A DNA stretch of 64,000 nt from Candidatus Enterousia sp. (GCA_045613445.1 JAZLAZ010000020.1:74433-138432); one strand, 5' to 3'. Positions 47,500 through 56,818 are shown, numbered from the stretch's first letter. The notes: generated by a model not told the origin, from the sequence alone. Translations and numbers: made by a program.

Positions 47500-47928
47500 A
47501 TGAAAAAAATATTTCTGATTTTGATGTTGGTGATGTCTGCGTGTACTTTTCAGACAAAACATCGTGGATATGTGTTTCCAACCAATGTGGCGGACAAGAT
47601 TGTAAATATCAAGACTACATCTGCATTGATTGATGAAATTGGTGCGCCACAGGTTAAAACTGTATATGGCGATGAAGTTTGGGTGTATTATGGTGCAGAT
47701 GAAAACTATCGTGGGCCATTGGCGCCGACTTTTACGAACGAAACAGTTTTGTTGGTATGGGTGCGCGGTAATCGAGTGTTAAAGACGCAATTGTTACATG
47801 ATGCGGATTTGCCAGATGTAAAAATTGCAGATGGTGAAACGCAGATACCGGCTGCGATTGAATTAAATGCAATTGAAGAATTATTTAATAATATTGGACG
47901 TTTCAGTCCTGCTGGGCTGGGACAATAA
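47500..47928 (+). CDS. bamE: outer membrane protein assembly factor BamE (SmpA/OmlA lipoprotein)
   Basis: Lipobox LVMSAC; GAPQVKTVYGDEVWVYYG pattern. ATG lies 1 nt after the nifJ stop. Confidence 0.65.
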   Translation: MKKIFLILMLVMSACTFQTKHRGYVFPTNVADKIVNIKTTSALIDEIGAPQVKTVYGDEVWVYYGADENYRGPLAPTFTNETVLLVWVRGNRVLKTQLLHDADLPDVKIADGETQIPAAIELNAIEELFNNIGRFSPAGLGQ

Positions 47929-47929
47929 T

Positions 47930-47954
47930 TAAATCCCCAAATGGGGATTTTTTT
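47930..47954 (+). terminator. intrinsic terminator
   Basis: aAATCCCCaaatGGGGATTttttt. Confidence 0.75.
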
Positions 47955-47995
47955 GTATTGTAGAAAATAATAAAAAAAGCTATAATGATATAGTT

Positions 47996-48541
47996 ATGAA
48001 AAGAATATTTATTTGCTTTTTTATGGTGTTGTTTTCCTGTGTTTGTGGCGTGCGTGCAGCAGAATTGTCATGTGGTGCTGGGTATGTGTTGGTTGAAACG
48101 CGACAAAAACTGGATGGTATAAAGGTTTCAGAATGTCAGAAATTGTGGTGTGTTGATTTGGAAACAGGTAAAAAAATGGGAAACGATAATGTTGCAAACA
48201 GTGGTTATGTTATGACGGGCGGGTTTGCAAAACTGTGTGACAATGATAAAACTTGTGTTGAATGTTGGGGGGATCGAAAATGGTGTGCTGGGGAAATGCG
48301 TGGTGAATGGAACCCTAAATATGGTGCGTATACCAGAAATGGTGAAAACAGCGCAACATATGAATCCTATCAAAAAGGCAGTTGTTTTGCATGGCGTCTG
48401 GAAAAACCACAGTGTGATGATGGTATGACTGCGATTATGCAAGATGATAATTGGGTGTGTGTCACTGCGGATGGTGCCAGTGGTGTTTCTCGCGAATCTG
48501 CGGTGCGCAGAACAGGTACAATGCGACGCATTAGGTTGTAA
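47996..48541 (+). CDS. secreted cysteine-rich protein (181 aa)
   Basis: Signal peptide; 14 Cys in the mature part. CGAGYV recalls CGYGYY of 25748-26779. Confidence 0.55.
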   Translation: MKRIFICFFMVLFSCVCGVRAAELSCGAGYVLVETRQKLDGIKVSECQKLWCVDLETGKKMGNDNVANSGYVMTGGFAKLCDNDKTCVECWGDRKWCAGEMRGEWNPKYGAYTRNGENSATYESYQKGSCFAWRLEKPQCDDGMTAIMQDDNWVCVTADGASGVSRESAVRRTGTMRRIRL

Positions 48542-48646
48542 TTTCTTGTTAGTAGAATTTTTTTTCGTCAATTATTTGTTTTTTGGTTTTTTTGTGGTAT
48601 AATACATGGGACAGAGGGAATGGCAACCGTAAAAGGGTAATATGTT

Positions 48647-49210
48647 ATGCCAAATAAAAAATTAGATTTTAAGACAGGGCAATATGTTGTTTATCCAACA
48701 CAGGGTGTCGGAAAATTATTGCGTATCGAAGAACAGACAATTGCTGGCCAGAAAATAAAAATGATGGTGATTGATTTTGAACGCAATCATATGACATTGC
48801 GTGTGCCGTTGGAACGCGCAGAAATATCTGGACTGCGCCCACTAAGCAGCATTAAAAAAATGGATGAGGCAATTGCATCCGCCAAGGGGCGTGCCGGTGC
48901 AAAGCGTATGATATGGGCGCGTCGTGCAGCACAGTACGAAGAAAACATCAATTCTGGCGATCCAATGAAATTGGCCGAAGTTGTTCGTGATTTGCAACGA
49001 CGCAGCGCTGCGGACACAATGACATTTTCTGCACGCCAGTTGTATCTGCGTGCGTTGGAACGCATGGCCCAGGAATTTGCTGTATTGCATAAAATTGATT
49101 TAGATGCCGCGTCGGACAAGATTGAAGATATTTTGGGTATCCCAAAAGAAATAGATTTGAATGCAGTTGAATCGGATGATGATGACGATATTGAAGACGA
49201 AGATTCTTAA
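48647..49210 (+). CDS. carD: CarD-family transcriptional regulator with acidic tail
   Basis: FKTGQYVVYPTQGVGKLLRIEEQTIAGQ (RNAP-interacting Tudor-like domain). Confidence 0.85.
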   Translation: MPNKKLDFKTGQYVVYPTQGVGKLLRIEEQTIAGQKIKMMVIDFERNHMTLRVPLERAEISGLRPLSSIKKMDEAIASAKGRAGAKRMIWARRAAQYEENINSGDPMKLAEVVRDLQRRSAADTMTFSARQLYLRALERMAQEFAVLHKIDLDAASDKIEDILGIPKEIDLNAVESDDDDDIEDEDS

Positions 49211-49235
49211 AAATCCCCCGATATGGGGGATTTTT
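49209..49235 (+). terminator. intrinsic terminator after carD
   Basis: aaaaATCCCCCgataTGGGGGATtttt. Confidence 0.75.
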
Positions 49236-49236
49236 A

Positions 49237-49265
49237 TTGTTTTAGTTTACATAATATGTTACAAT
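49237..49265 (+). promoter_or_regulatory. putative promoter of leader RNA copy A
   Basis: TTGTTT, 17 nt spacer, TACAAT. Same distance to hairpin P1 as the copy-B promoter. Confidence 0.4.
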
Positions 49266-49273
49266 TGTAACCG

Positions 49274-49433
49274 TCATCAGGATTTCTGATGATGGGGCGT
49301 CGAAACCTCTATCTAACGTACAAAGCAAACTCCAACCTCAGGTTGGAGGGCGGCGAATATTTTGAATAAGCCCGCTATTTCGTTAGATGTAGTTTCGAAC
49401 CTCCAACCACTTGAATGTTTTCAGTGGTTTTTT
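49274..49433 (+). ncRNA. structured leader/sRNA copy A (unknown class) with terminator/antiterminator/anti-antiterminator boxes
   Basis: P1 at 49274-92. CUCCAACC 49330-37, GGUUGGAGG 49341-49, CCUCCAACC 49400-08. Terminator AACCACU/AGUGGUU 49405-11/49423-29 plus U6. Homolog at 61666-61837. Confidence 0.6.
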
Positions 49434-49449
49434 GTTTTTTGGGGGGATA

Positions 49450-49659
49450 TTGCGTAGGTTAAAAATATTTTTTTGTTTGTATTTTATTTTGCTGTCAAAT
49501 GTTTGTTTGGCAGTTGGTATTGCATCAACTAATTATGTAGAAGGTGCAATACAAACACGTGTTGATATTTCTGCCAAGGCAAATCAAACAATGGCGGGTA
49601 CATATAATGTGTCTGGCACATTGACTGTTCCAACCCCACCATTACCAGTACTGGAATAA
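49450..49659 (+). CDS. small secreted protein (about 70 aa), head piece of the LRR locus
   Basis: TTG start, then RRLKIFFCLYFILLSNVCLA signal peptide, then IASTNYVEGAIQ...VPTPPLP. The ORF-track ATG 49411 lies inside the terminator loop. Confidence 0.45.
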   Translation: MRRLKIFFCLYFILLSNVCLAVGIASTNYVEGAIQTRVDISAKANQTMAGTYNVSGTLTVPTPPLPVLE

Positions 49660-49660
49660 T

Positions 49661-51274
49661 ATGAAACGATTATTGGTTGTATTTTTTACTTTGTTTACAT
49701 TTACGGCAAATTCTGCCCAGATTGCTAATGTGGAATACATACATAAACTGATTGAACAACAACATGGCATAACTGTTCCGTATAACAGTGAATTGACCAA
49801 TCCACAGGTTGCTGCCAATATGAAATATTTGCTGACAGCCATTGATGCTGCAAACAGTATATTAAGCGGTGGAAAAATAACAGATTATGGTAACAGTGAA
49901 TATGCGACAACTGTCGTCACAGATACCGTTGCGACATTGGAAATGGTGCGTGACCATATTCGAAATTACAAATTCTTTGCGACGACCACCCCTGATACAA
50001 CCAGTTTTAGTTTTACGATATCTGCATCAGGTGTGTTTCATATTGATTGGGGTGACGGAACGCGTGAATCATATCGTAAAACGAATACATCTACCATAAC
50101 ATACAGTCATGAATACGCGACTGCGGGTGAATATGTAATAAAAATTGGCGGATACAGAACAGGTGGAAATTCGATAAGTTTTACCAACAATAAAAATTTA
50201 GGTAAAATTAAAGGCAGCCTGGGGGCAATATTTTCTACGATAAAAAAATCAAACGGTACAGTCAGTAATCCAAGCTTTCAGAACTTGTTTTCTGGTTGCA
50301 CAAATTTAACCGGTGAAATACCAGCAGAATTATTTGATGGTGTATATGGTCAGCCAGTGAATTATATGTTTACCGGTATTTTTGCTGGTTGTGTTTCTTT
50401 GACAGGTGTGATCCCAGAAAATTTATTTGCAGGGGTGGCTGGTGCACCAATTCATGCAGTTTTCAATAGTGTGTTTCAGAATTGCTATGGACTAACAGGG
50501 GAAATACCAGAAGATTTGTTTGCTGGCATTTCTGGGGCGCCAGCATATGGAATGTATGATAATACTTTTAAAGGATGTACGGGATTAACGGGTAATATTC
50601 CTGAAAAATTGTTTGCTGGCATTTCTGGGGCGCCAGCATATAGAATGTATGCTAATACTTTTGAAGGATGTACGGGATTAACGGGTAATATTCCTGAAAA
50701 ATTGTTTGTTGGTATTTATGGACAGCCAAATGCTAATATGTATGCTAGTACATTTTCTGGCTGCTCGGGTTTGACAGGTTCAATTCCTGATGGTTTATTT
50801 GGCGATTTGTCTGGAAAACCAGCCAGTTCTATGTTTCATAATACTTTTTTAGGTTGCAGTGGGCTGACAGGATCTATCCCTGCAAATTTATTTGGTGATT
50901 TAATTGATGCGCCGGCGTATGCAATGTTTCATTTTACATTCAGTGGATGTACTGGATTGACAGGTGAAATCCCTGATGGTTTATTTGGCAGTTTATCTGG
51001 GGATCCTGCATCTTACATGTTTGCAGGAACTTTCCTGAATTGTAGAGGGTTGACAGGTGGTGTGCCAGATAATTTATTTGGTAATATAACAGATAAATGT
51101 GTAGATGCAAAATTTTATCGAACTTTTGAAGGTTGTTCAGGATTAAATGGAGAATCTGCAAAGATGAACGGTGAATTTTTGTATGATATTTGGCCACATT
51201 GTAATATGGGATCTATGTATCGTGGGGCAACGGGGTTGATCGATTATGCTGATATACCAAGTGCATGGAAATAA
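49661..51274 (+). CDS. secreted leucine-rich-repeat surface protein (about 9-10 tandem 31-aa repeats)
   Basis: Signal peptide ...TANSA. A beta-sandwich-like region (FHIDWGDGT...HEYATAGEYVIKIGG). Repeats of the form F.GC.GLTG.IP..LF.G..G.P.... Confidence 0.75.
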   Translation: MKRLLVVFFTLFTFTANSAQIANVEYIHKLIEQQHGITVPYNSELTNPQVAANMKYLLTAIDAANSILSGGKITDYGNSEYATTVVTDTVATLEMVRDHIRNYKFFATTTPDTTSFSFTISASGVFHIDWGDGTRESYRKTNTSTITYSHEYATAGEYVIKIGGYRTGGNSISFTNNKNLGKIKGSLGAIFSTIKKSNGTVSNPSFQNLFSGCTNLTGEIPAELFDGVYGQPVNYMFTGIFAGCVSLTGVIPENLFAGVAGAPIHAVFNSVFQNCYGLTGEIPEDLFAGISGAPAYGMYDNTFKGCTGLTGNIPEKLFAGISGAPAYRMYANTFEGCTGLTGNIPEKLFVGIYGQPNANMYASTFSGCSGLTGSIPDGLFGDLSGKPASSMFHNTFLGCSGLTGSIPANLFGDLIDAPAYAMFHFTFSGCTGLTGEIPDGLFGSLSGDPASYMFAGTFLNCRGLTGGVPDNLFGNITDKCVDAKFYRTFEGCSGLNGESAKMNGEFLYDIWPHCNMGSMYRGATGLIDYADIPSAWK

Positions 51275-51340
51275 AAATTCCCCATTTCTTGCATGTTGGG
51301 AAAATACGTGCTATTATTTGCGTGATAAAGGATTTTTATT

Positions 51341-52549
51341 ATGCAAAATGAATTATTACAAGAATTGGAAGCGCGCGGTTTTATAAATCAGGCATCAAAT
51401 ATGGATGCGTTAAATGATGCGTTGAATGCTGGAAAAATTACTGCATATTGGGGGACTGATCCAACAGGGGATTCGTTGCATGTCGGACATTTGGCGTCTT
51501 TGATGTTGATGCGTTGGTTCCAAAAATATGGGCATCGTCCAATCACATTGGTTGGTGGGGCAACCGGGCGTATCGGTGATCCGTCTGGTCGTGATAAGGG
51601 GCGCCCAATGATGACAGACGATCAAATCGAAAAAAATTGTGCGGGGTTGCGTAAATCTATATCAAAGTTTATCAATTTTGATGATAATCAGGCGATTATG
51701 GTCGATAACTATGATTGGATGAAAAATTACAGTCATTTGGACTTTTTGCGCGATTTTGGAACTGATTTTACTGTGCCACGCATGTTATCAATGGAATCTG
51801 TAAAGCGTCGTTTGGACAATGGTATGACGTTCTTGGAATTTAATTATATGACTTTCCAGGCGGTTGATTTCTTGGAACTGTATAAAAAGCATAATTGTAT
51901 ATTGCAGTTCTGTGGCGCTGACCAGTGGGGAAATTCAATTATGGGTATCGAATTGGTGCGTAAAAAGTTGGGAAAAGAGGTTTTTGTGTTATCAACGGCA
52001 CTGATTACAGATGCAAATGGTAATAAAATTGGTAAGTCTGCGGGAAATGCAGTATGGGTAAACGAAGATAAAACTTCGCCATATGAATATTATCAGTATT
52101 TTCGTAATACACCAGATGATTTGGTTGAAAAATTCTTGAAAATATTTACGGAAATTCCACTGGATGATATTGCACGTTTGTCTGCATTACAGGGTGCAGA
52201 AATAAATCAGGCAAAAAAAGTCTTGGCGTTTGCTGCAACAGAAATTGCGCATGGTCATGATGCTGCTGTGGCAGCAGAAAATGCAGCGGATGCATTGTTC
52301 AGTGGCGGGGCAGATATGTCAAATGTTCCAAGTGTTGAAATTGAAATGTCAAATGATATGGGGATTTTGGACTTTTTGGTCGCAACTGGATTGTTCTCTT
52401 CAAAGTCAGAAGCCAGAAGAATGGTCGAACAGGGGGCTATTCAAATCGATGGTAATAAAATCAGCGATATAAAGCATGTGGTCGCAGTCACTGATGAAAT
52501 GATGGTGCAAAAAGGTAAAAAGACTTTCTTGAAAGTGATAAAAAAATAA
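51341..52549 (+). CDS. tyrS: tyrosine--tRNA ligase
   Basis: HVGHL (HIGH), KIGKS (KMSKS), C-terminal S4-like domain. Confidence 0.92.
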   Translation: MQNELLQELEARGFINQASNMDALNDALNAGKITAYWGTDPTGDSLHVGHLASLMLMRWFQKYGHRPITLVGGATGRIGDPSGRDKGRPMMTDDQIEKNCAGLRKSISKFINFDDNQAIMVDNYDWMKNYSHLDFLRDFGTDFTVPRMLSMESVKRRLDNGMTFLEFNYMTFQAVDFLELYKKHNCILQFCGADQWGNSIMGIELVRKKLGKEVFVLSTALITDANGNKIGKSAGNAVWVNEDKTSPYEYYQYFRNTPDDLVEKFLKIFTEIPLDDIARLSALQGAEINQAKKVLAFAATEIAHGHDAAVAAENAADALFSGGADMSNVPSVEIEMSNDMGILDFLVATGLFSSKSEARRMVEQGAIQIDGNKISDIKHVVAVTDEMMVQKGKKTFLKVIKK

Positions 52550-53622
52550 TGAAGCGAATTATTTTTATTTTCTCTTTGTTATTTGTTTGTGCTGAACCCG
52601 CGTTCGGTGCCAGCGAATTGTCCAAGATAAATGCACAGATTAAACAGACAGAACAGCAAAATAAACAGCTGGAACAAAAATTGAAAACTTCGGATAAGGA
52701 AGTTTCTAAAACAAAAAAAGATTTGGTGCGCGCTGCTGATAAAGTCAGTTCGTTGGAAGATAAACGCACAGAAATGATAAAAAAAATCGCAGAATTGGAT
52801 GCGCGTGTCGATAAAATATCTGCAGATATACAGAAAAATCAGGCACTGGTGTCTGATTCTGTCGCCAGCGTTTTGTTTGTTGCATCGCACCCGAATTTTG
52901 ATACTAAAAATATGCGTGATTATGTTTTGATGTCTGCTGTATTGTCTGGAACGGCCGATAGGCTAGACGAACAAATTAAAAATGCACAGACGCAAATAAA
53001 AGAACTGGAAAAAATTCGTGATGCGCGGGCAGTCGAAAAAGAAAAATTAGACAGAACCGCAAAACGATATAATCGTGAAAAGTCTGAACTGGACAAATTA
53101 TTGCGAACACGCAGTGCACAAAATGAAAAATTAAAAAATCAACAGGTGGCATTACAAAAAAAGTTGCGTGATTTATCCGCACGCGCTAAAAGCATCTCGG
53201 AATTGTCCGCAGGTGTCGGCAGTTCGGAAATGTCTGCGGATTCCAGATTTTCAAAACGAAAGTTAAATTTGCCTGTGCGTGGACGTGTTGTTGTTCGTTT
53301 CGGTGAAAAAACAGCCTTGGGATTAAATTCTGATGGATGGCGTATTCGTACCCGTGGGGATGCGTTGGTGTTGGCGCCTGCGGATGGCATCGTTAAATTC
53401 GCAGATAGTTTCCGTGGATTTGGGCGCGTTGTTATTATGTCACATAAAAATGGTTATAATACTGTTATGACGAATTTAGGGAATATTGATGTCGCGCTGG
53501 AACAGGAAGTTTTGGCTGGTGAACCAGTGGGACGAATGAATCCAGATAAACCAGAAATGTATCTGGAGGTGCGTCGTGGTAACAGTGCTGTGGATCCGGC
53601 CAGATTATTCAAAGATGAATAA
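52549..53622 (+). CDS. EnvC-like murein hydrolase activator (coiled coil + degenerate LytM/M23 domain)
   Basis: Signal peptide, long coiled coil. The C-terminal M23 fold lacks the second His motif (MTNLG instead of YAHL). Confidence 0.7.
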   Translation: MKRIIFIFSLLFVCAEPAFGASELSKINAQIKQTEQQNKQLEQKLKTSDKEVSKTKKDLVRAADKVSSLEDKRTEMIKKIAELDARVDKISADIQKNQALVSDSVASVLFVASHPNFDTKNMRDYVLMSAVLSGTADRLDEQIKNAQTQIKELEKIRDARAVEKEKLDRTAKRYNREKSELDKLLRTRSAQNEKLKNQQVALQKKLRDLSARAKSISELSAGVGSSEMSADSRFSKRKLNLPVRGRVVVRFGEKTALGLNSDGWRIRTRGDALVLAPADGIVKFADSFRGFGRVVIMSHKNGYNTVMTNLGNIDVALEQEVLAGEPVGRMNPDKPEMYLEVRRGNSAVDPARLFKDE

Positions 53623-53633
53623 GTAATTTTTGC

Positions 53634-53718
53634 TGGTGCGACCAGGGGGAATCGAACCCCCACGGGTTGCCCCACAGCATCCTTAGTGCTGTGCGTCTAC
53701 CAGTTCCGCCATGGTCGC
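53634..53718 (-). tRNA. tRNA-Leu with anticodon AAG, CCA encoded
   Basis: Reverse complement is GCGACCATGGCGGAACTGGTAGACGCACAGCACTAAGGATGCTGTGGGGCAACCCGTGGGGGTTCGATTCCCCCTGGTCGCACCA. Stem CAGCA/UGCUG, loop C-U-A-A-G-G-A. Confidence 0.85.
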
Positions 53719-53806
53719 AATTGATTTCTGGTATTCTTGCAAGTTGGCGTTTGTTTTTCAAGCTTTTTTATGATAAAATAATATCGTTTATGGAAAGGGT
53801 GATGTT

Positions 53807-55294
53807 ATGAAAACTTTATCAAAGTTGTTGTTTAATTGTTCTGTGTTTGCGTTGATGCCGTTTGTTGCAGATGCTGCAGGAACTTACTATACAGGGGGGT
53901 ATCAATCTCCTCAGACCAGATATTCGCAACAATCGTATGCGCAACGCGCAAATTCTAATTATTCGCAGCAGGGGATGTCAAATTATACTAGAAATCAGTA
54001 TGCAAATGCAGGATATACGACTGTAAATCGTGGCAATATGTATCAGCAAAACCGTACAATACAACAGCCAAAACAACAAAATAATGTCGTAAATAAAAAT
54101 GGGTTTTCTTTGGGTGCTGGATTTTCTCGTCAGACAGGTATGTGGCAGTTTGAAATGAAAAATTCTGAATCAATATTGCATTATGATAATGTTGATTGGA
54201 ATGTTTTTGATGTGAATGCTGCGTATGTTTTTGGTGGTAAAACTCAATTTGAGATAAGTGCTGGATTCCAATACGGTATGCAGGCAGGTGAATCAACAAT
54301 GGTTGATGATGACTTGACTAATGGTGGGTATTTTATTGCAGAATTGGTTGATGAAAGCGGTACTGTTGTTGGTAATCAGATTGGACGTGCTTTTTCAATC
54401 GGTACCAGCAAAGACGGTTCAATGTTGGGATTTAATGTCGGTATCGGTCTGAAAGATTTTATGCGTTGGGGAAATTTGAAGGTTACACCATCTGTCGGGT
54501 GGCGCTATTTGAAATATACACTGGAAACTCATAATAATCACGGGATTTCAATGGAAAGTTATGATGGGGGGTACAGTTGCTATTATGCCGACGGAACAGA
54601 TGAATTGCAGTGTGACCCGCTGATTGGATGGTATGATTTTACAACTGATTCATCCGGTAAGATTACAGTTACAGATTCTGCATATCTGGTGCGTGATGAA
54701 AATGGTTTGATTTCTGTGCCAGCAGGTTATATCGATATGGGTGGAAATTATTATTATGGTCAGCCGGGGATTAGTCATAAATATGATGTGGAATGGTCTG
54801 GACCATACTTGGCATTGGATATGTTGTACGATATAAACCAAAATAATAATGTAAATGCATTTGTAGAATTAGGATTGCCATCGTATACTGCCACTGGGGA
54901 TCAACCGTATCGATTCGATTGGCAACATCCAAAGTCTGTCGAAGACAACAAGGGTATCGCAGGTGCATTCCATTTGGGAATGGGTGCAAATTGGACAACC
55001 GCACTGACAAACAGTGTATCTTTGTCTGTTGGCGTGACATATGATTATTATACTGTGTCTGATGCGGATGCAAAAACCTATCTGAATGGCGACTATTATA
55101 ACAGGATTTATAATGAAATCTTTGTAAATGGTGGTTATGCCACAGAACAGGAAATGTTGGATGATAATTCGATTGCACGCGATATTAAACAAATAGAAGC
55201 GGATTGCCCAGGTTGGGTATGTAATGCGGGCGGGGAAATCGAATCGTTTTATAAATCATTAGGTGTTCGAATCGGTATCAATGCGAACTTCTAG
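53807..55294 (+). CDS. large outer-membrane beta-barrel protein with Q/N/Y-rich N-terminal region
   Basis: Signal peptide ...VADAA; C-terminal ...GINANF. Confidence 0.6.
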   Translation: MKTLSKLLFNCSVFALMPFVADAAGTYYTGGYQSPQTRYSQQSYAQRANSNYSQQGMSNYTRNQYANAGYTTVNRGNMYQQNRTIQQPKQQNNVVNKNGFSLGAGFSRQTGMWQFEMKNSESILHYDNVDWNVFDVNAAYVFGGKTQFEISAGFQYGMQAGESTMVDDDLTNGGYFIAELVDESGTVVGNQIGRAFSIGTSKDGSMLGFNVGIGLKDFMRWGNLKVTPSVGWRYLKYTLETHNNHGISMESYDGGYSCYYADGTDELQCDPLIGWYDFTTDSSGKITVTDSAYLVRDENGLISVPAGYIDMGGNYYYGQPGISHKYDVEWSGPYLALDMLYDINQNNNVNAFVELGLPSYTATGDQPYRFDWQHPKSVEDNKGIAGAFHLGMGANWTTALTNSVSLSVGVTYDYYTVSDADAKTYLNGDYYNRIYNEIFVNGGYATEQEMLDDNSIARDIKQIEADCPGWVCNAGGEIESFYKSLGVRIGINANF

Positions 55295-55312
55295 TATAAA
55301 AGGCGATAAAAA

Positions 55313-55927
55313 ATGCATATGTTGAAACAATTTTTTTCTGTGTTGGTTTTGTTGTTGATGTCAATTGGGGCATATGCGTCTGAATTGCGCGGTATGGCGG
55401 CTGTCAATGTAACCAGTGATACTGCGGCAAAAGCGAAAAACATCGCTTTTGAAGAGGCGACACATCAGATTGTGCTTGATACGCTGCGGCAATATGTTGA
55501 CGCAGAGGCATTGGAAACTGCGGTAAAAAACACCAAGGTGGCAGAATTGTCGAACTTGATTCTGTCGTCCAGTATTGACGGTGAACAGACATCTGATACA
55601 ACGTATTCTGCAAATATTTTAATGACGATTGATATGGATGCTGCGCGTGTTTGGCTGGAAGGGCAGGAAATTCAACACTGGTTGCCGAACAGTGCAGAAC
55701 AAAATATGTTTAATGTTGTCGTTACTTTATCAAACAAAATTGATGATTGGGCGGAGTTAAATAAAATTGCAAATTTAGAAAAATGGGATTTAGGTACAAA
55801 GAATATTCATGGAAATGTCGTAAATTTGCAGTTGCCAACATCTGTTCGCGGCGCGTTTACAATTGCTGTGCGCGGTGCTGGTTGGCGTTATTCTGACAAA
55901 GATGGTGCTTTGCATATTTGGAAATAA
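55313..55927 (+). CDS. hypothetical secreted protein (204 aa)
   Basis: Signal peptide ...GAYAS. No motif recognised. Confidence 0.5.
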   Translation: MHMLKQFFSVLVLLLMSIGAYASELRGMAAVNVTSDTAAKAKNIAFEEATHQIVLDTLRQYVDAEALETAVKNTKVAELSNLILSSSIDGEQTSDTTYSANILMTIDMDAARVWLEGQEIQHWLPNSAEQNMFNVVVTLSNKIDDWAELNKIANLEKWDLGTKNIHGNVVNLQLPTSVRGAFTIAVRGAGWRYSDKDGALHIWK

Positions 55928-55941
55928 AAAAGGGGATTGGG

Positions 55942-56793
55942 GTGAAAAAAATATGTTTGTTTTTCTTGGGGCTGGTTTTACCGATGACATCTTTTGCGTC
56001 TGATGGTGCAAAGTTAGATTTGAATGTTCGACGCATCGGTTTGGAATGGTCAAAAACAGAAGTTAAACATGCAAATCAATATGCGGGTTCACCTGTGTCT
56101 GCGTTGACTGCGGATAGTCAGGATTTTATCAAGGGTATTTTTGATACTGCATTACAGTATAAAAAGAACCGTTTCCAATGGGACAATACATTGTTTATGG
56201 AATATGGTGAAACAAAACTTAGACCAGAAACAGGCGAAGCAACAGTCAGTGAAAACGCAGATGATATAATTTTGTCGACAGATGTGTCTTATGCGTGTTG
56301 GGATTTTACTGGGTTTAAGTTTGGGCCAACTGTTCGTGGGGCGTATGATACAGAATTCAAAGCATCTGGGGAAGCACCAAGACAGAATATTTTGCGAACA
56401 AATGTTGGTATTTCTCTGTTTGATAACGAAATTATTAAAGGTTTGTATTTAACGGGTGTGTATGAATATGATTTTACATATGCAGGCGAACAGACCAGTA
56501 AATTAGCAGCAGAATTAGGATGGCGATTGGAATATAAAATTCGTGATGGTGTGAAACTGTCCACCAATGGATACTATCGTGAATATCTTAGTTATTCTGA
56601 ATATGTGCCGATGGATTTAGAACGGGATTTAAGTGCAGTTTTGCGTCTTGATACGAATTTATGGGGTGATTTGACGATGGGACCATATATTCAGTATCGT
56701 CGTGCGCGTGCACGTGGCGTTGATGTGTATGGCAGTAATTTTGTTATGGGCGTGTCGTTCAATTACATAACGACATTTGGATTGATTAAATAA
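55942..56793 (+). CDS. putative outer-membrane beta-barrel protein
   Basis: RBS AAGGGGA, then GTG 55942 and signal peptide VKKICLFFLGLVLPMTSFA. Alternating strand pattern. Confidence 0.5.
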   Translation: MKKICLFFLGLVLPMTSFASDGAKLDLNVRRIGLEWSKTEVKHANQYAGSPVSALTADSQDFIKGIFDTALQYKKNRFQWDNTLFMEYGETKLRPETGEATVSENADDIILSTDVSYACWDFTGFKFGPTVRGAYDTEFKASGEAPRQNILRTNVGISLFDNEIIKGLYLTGVYEYDFTYAGEQTSKLAAELGWRLEYKIRDGVKLSTNGYYREYLSYSEYVPMDLERDLSAVLRLDTNLWGDLTMGPYIQYRRARARGVDVYGSNFVMGVSFNYITTFGLIK

Positions 56794-56818
56794 AAAATCC
56801 CCAATTTGGGGATTTTTT
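56792..56818. terminator. bidirectional terminator shared with lptB
   Basis: aaaaaATCCCCAAtTTGGGGATttttt. Confidence 0.75.

Noticed and set aside
49274-49433. Leader RNA as a T-box, tmRNA or RfaH ops element
   Set aside because: There is no T-box sequence or specifier-loop architecture. Two copies sit at protein-gene 5' ends, with no tag ORF. GGCGGCGAAUAU does not match ops GGCGGUAGnnUG.
49411-49449. ATG 49411 as the start of the small secreted ORF
   Set aside because: This ATG lies in the loop of the leader terminator, and the first 13 codons would be translated from the terminator and U-tract. TTG 49450 gives a proper n-region and signal peptide and aligns with the ATG of copy B.
49661-51274. 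Tandem 93-nt repeats as a CRISPR array or a diversity-generating retroelement target (with 61943-62251 as the template repeat)
   Set aside because: The repeats are in-frame coding LRR units without unique spacers. No reverse transcriptase is nearby, and the differences between the two loci are of mixed type, not adenine-specific.
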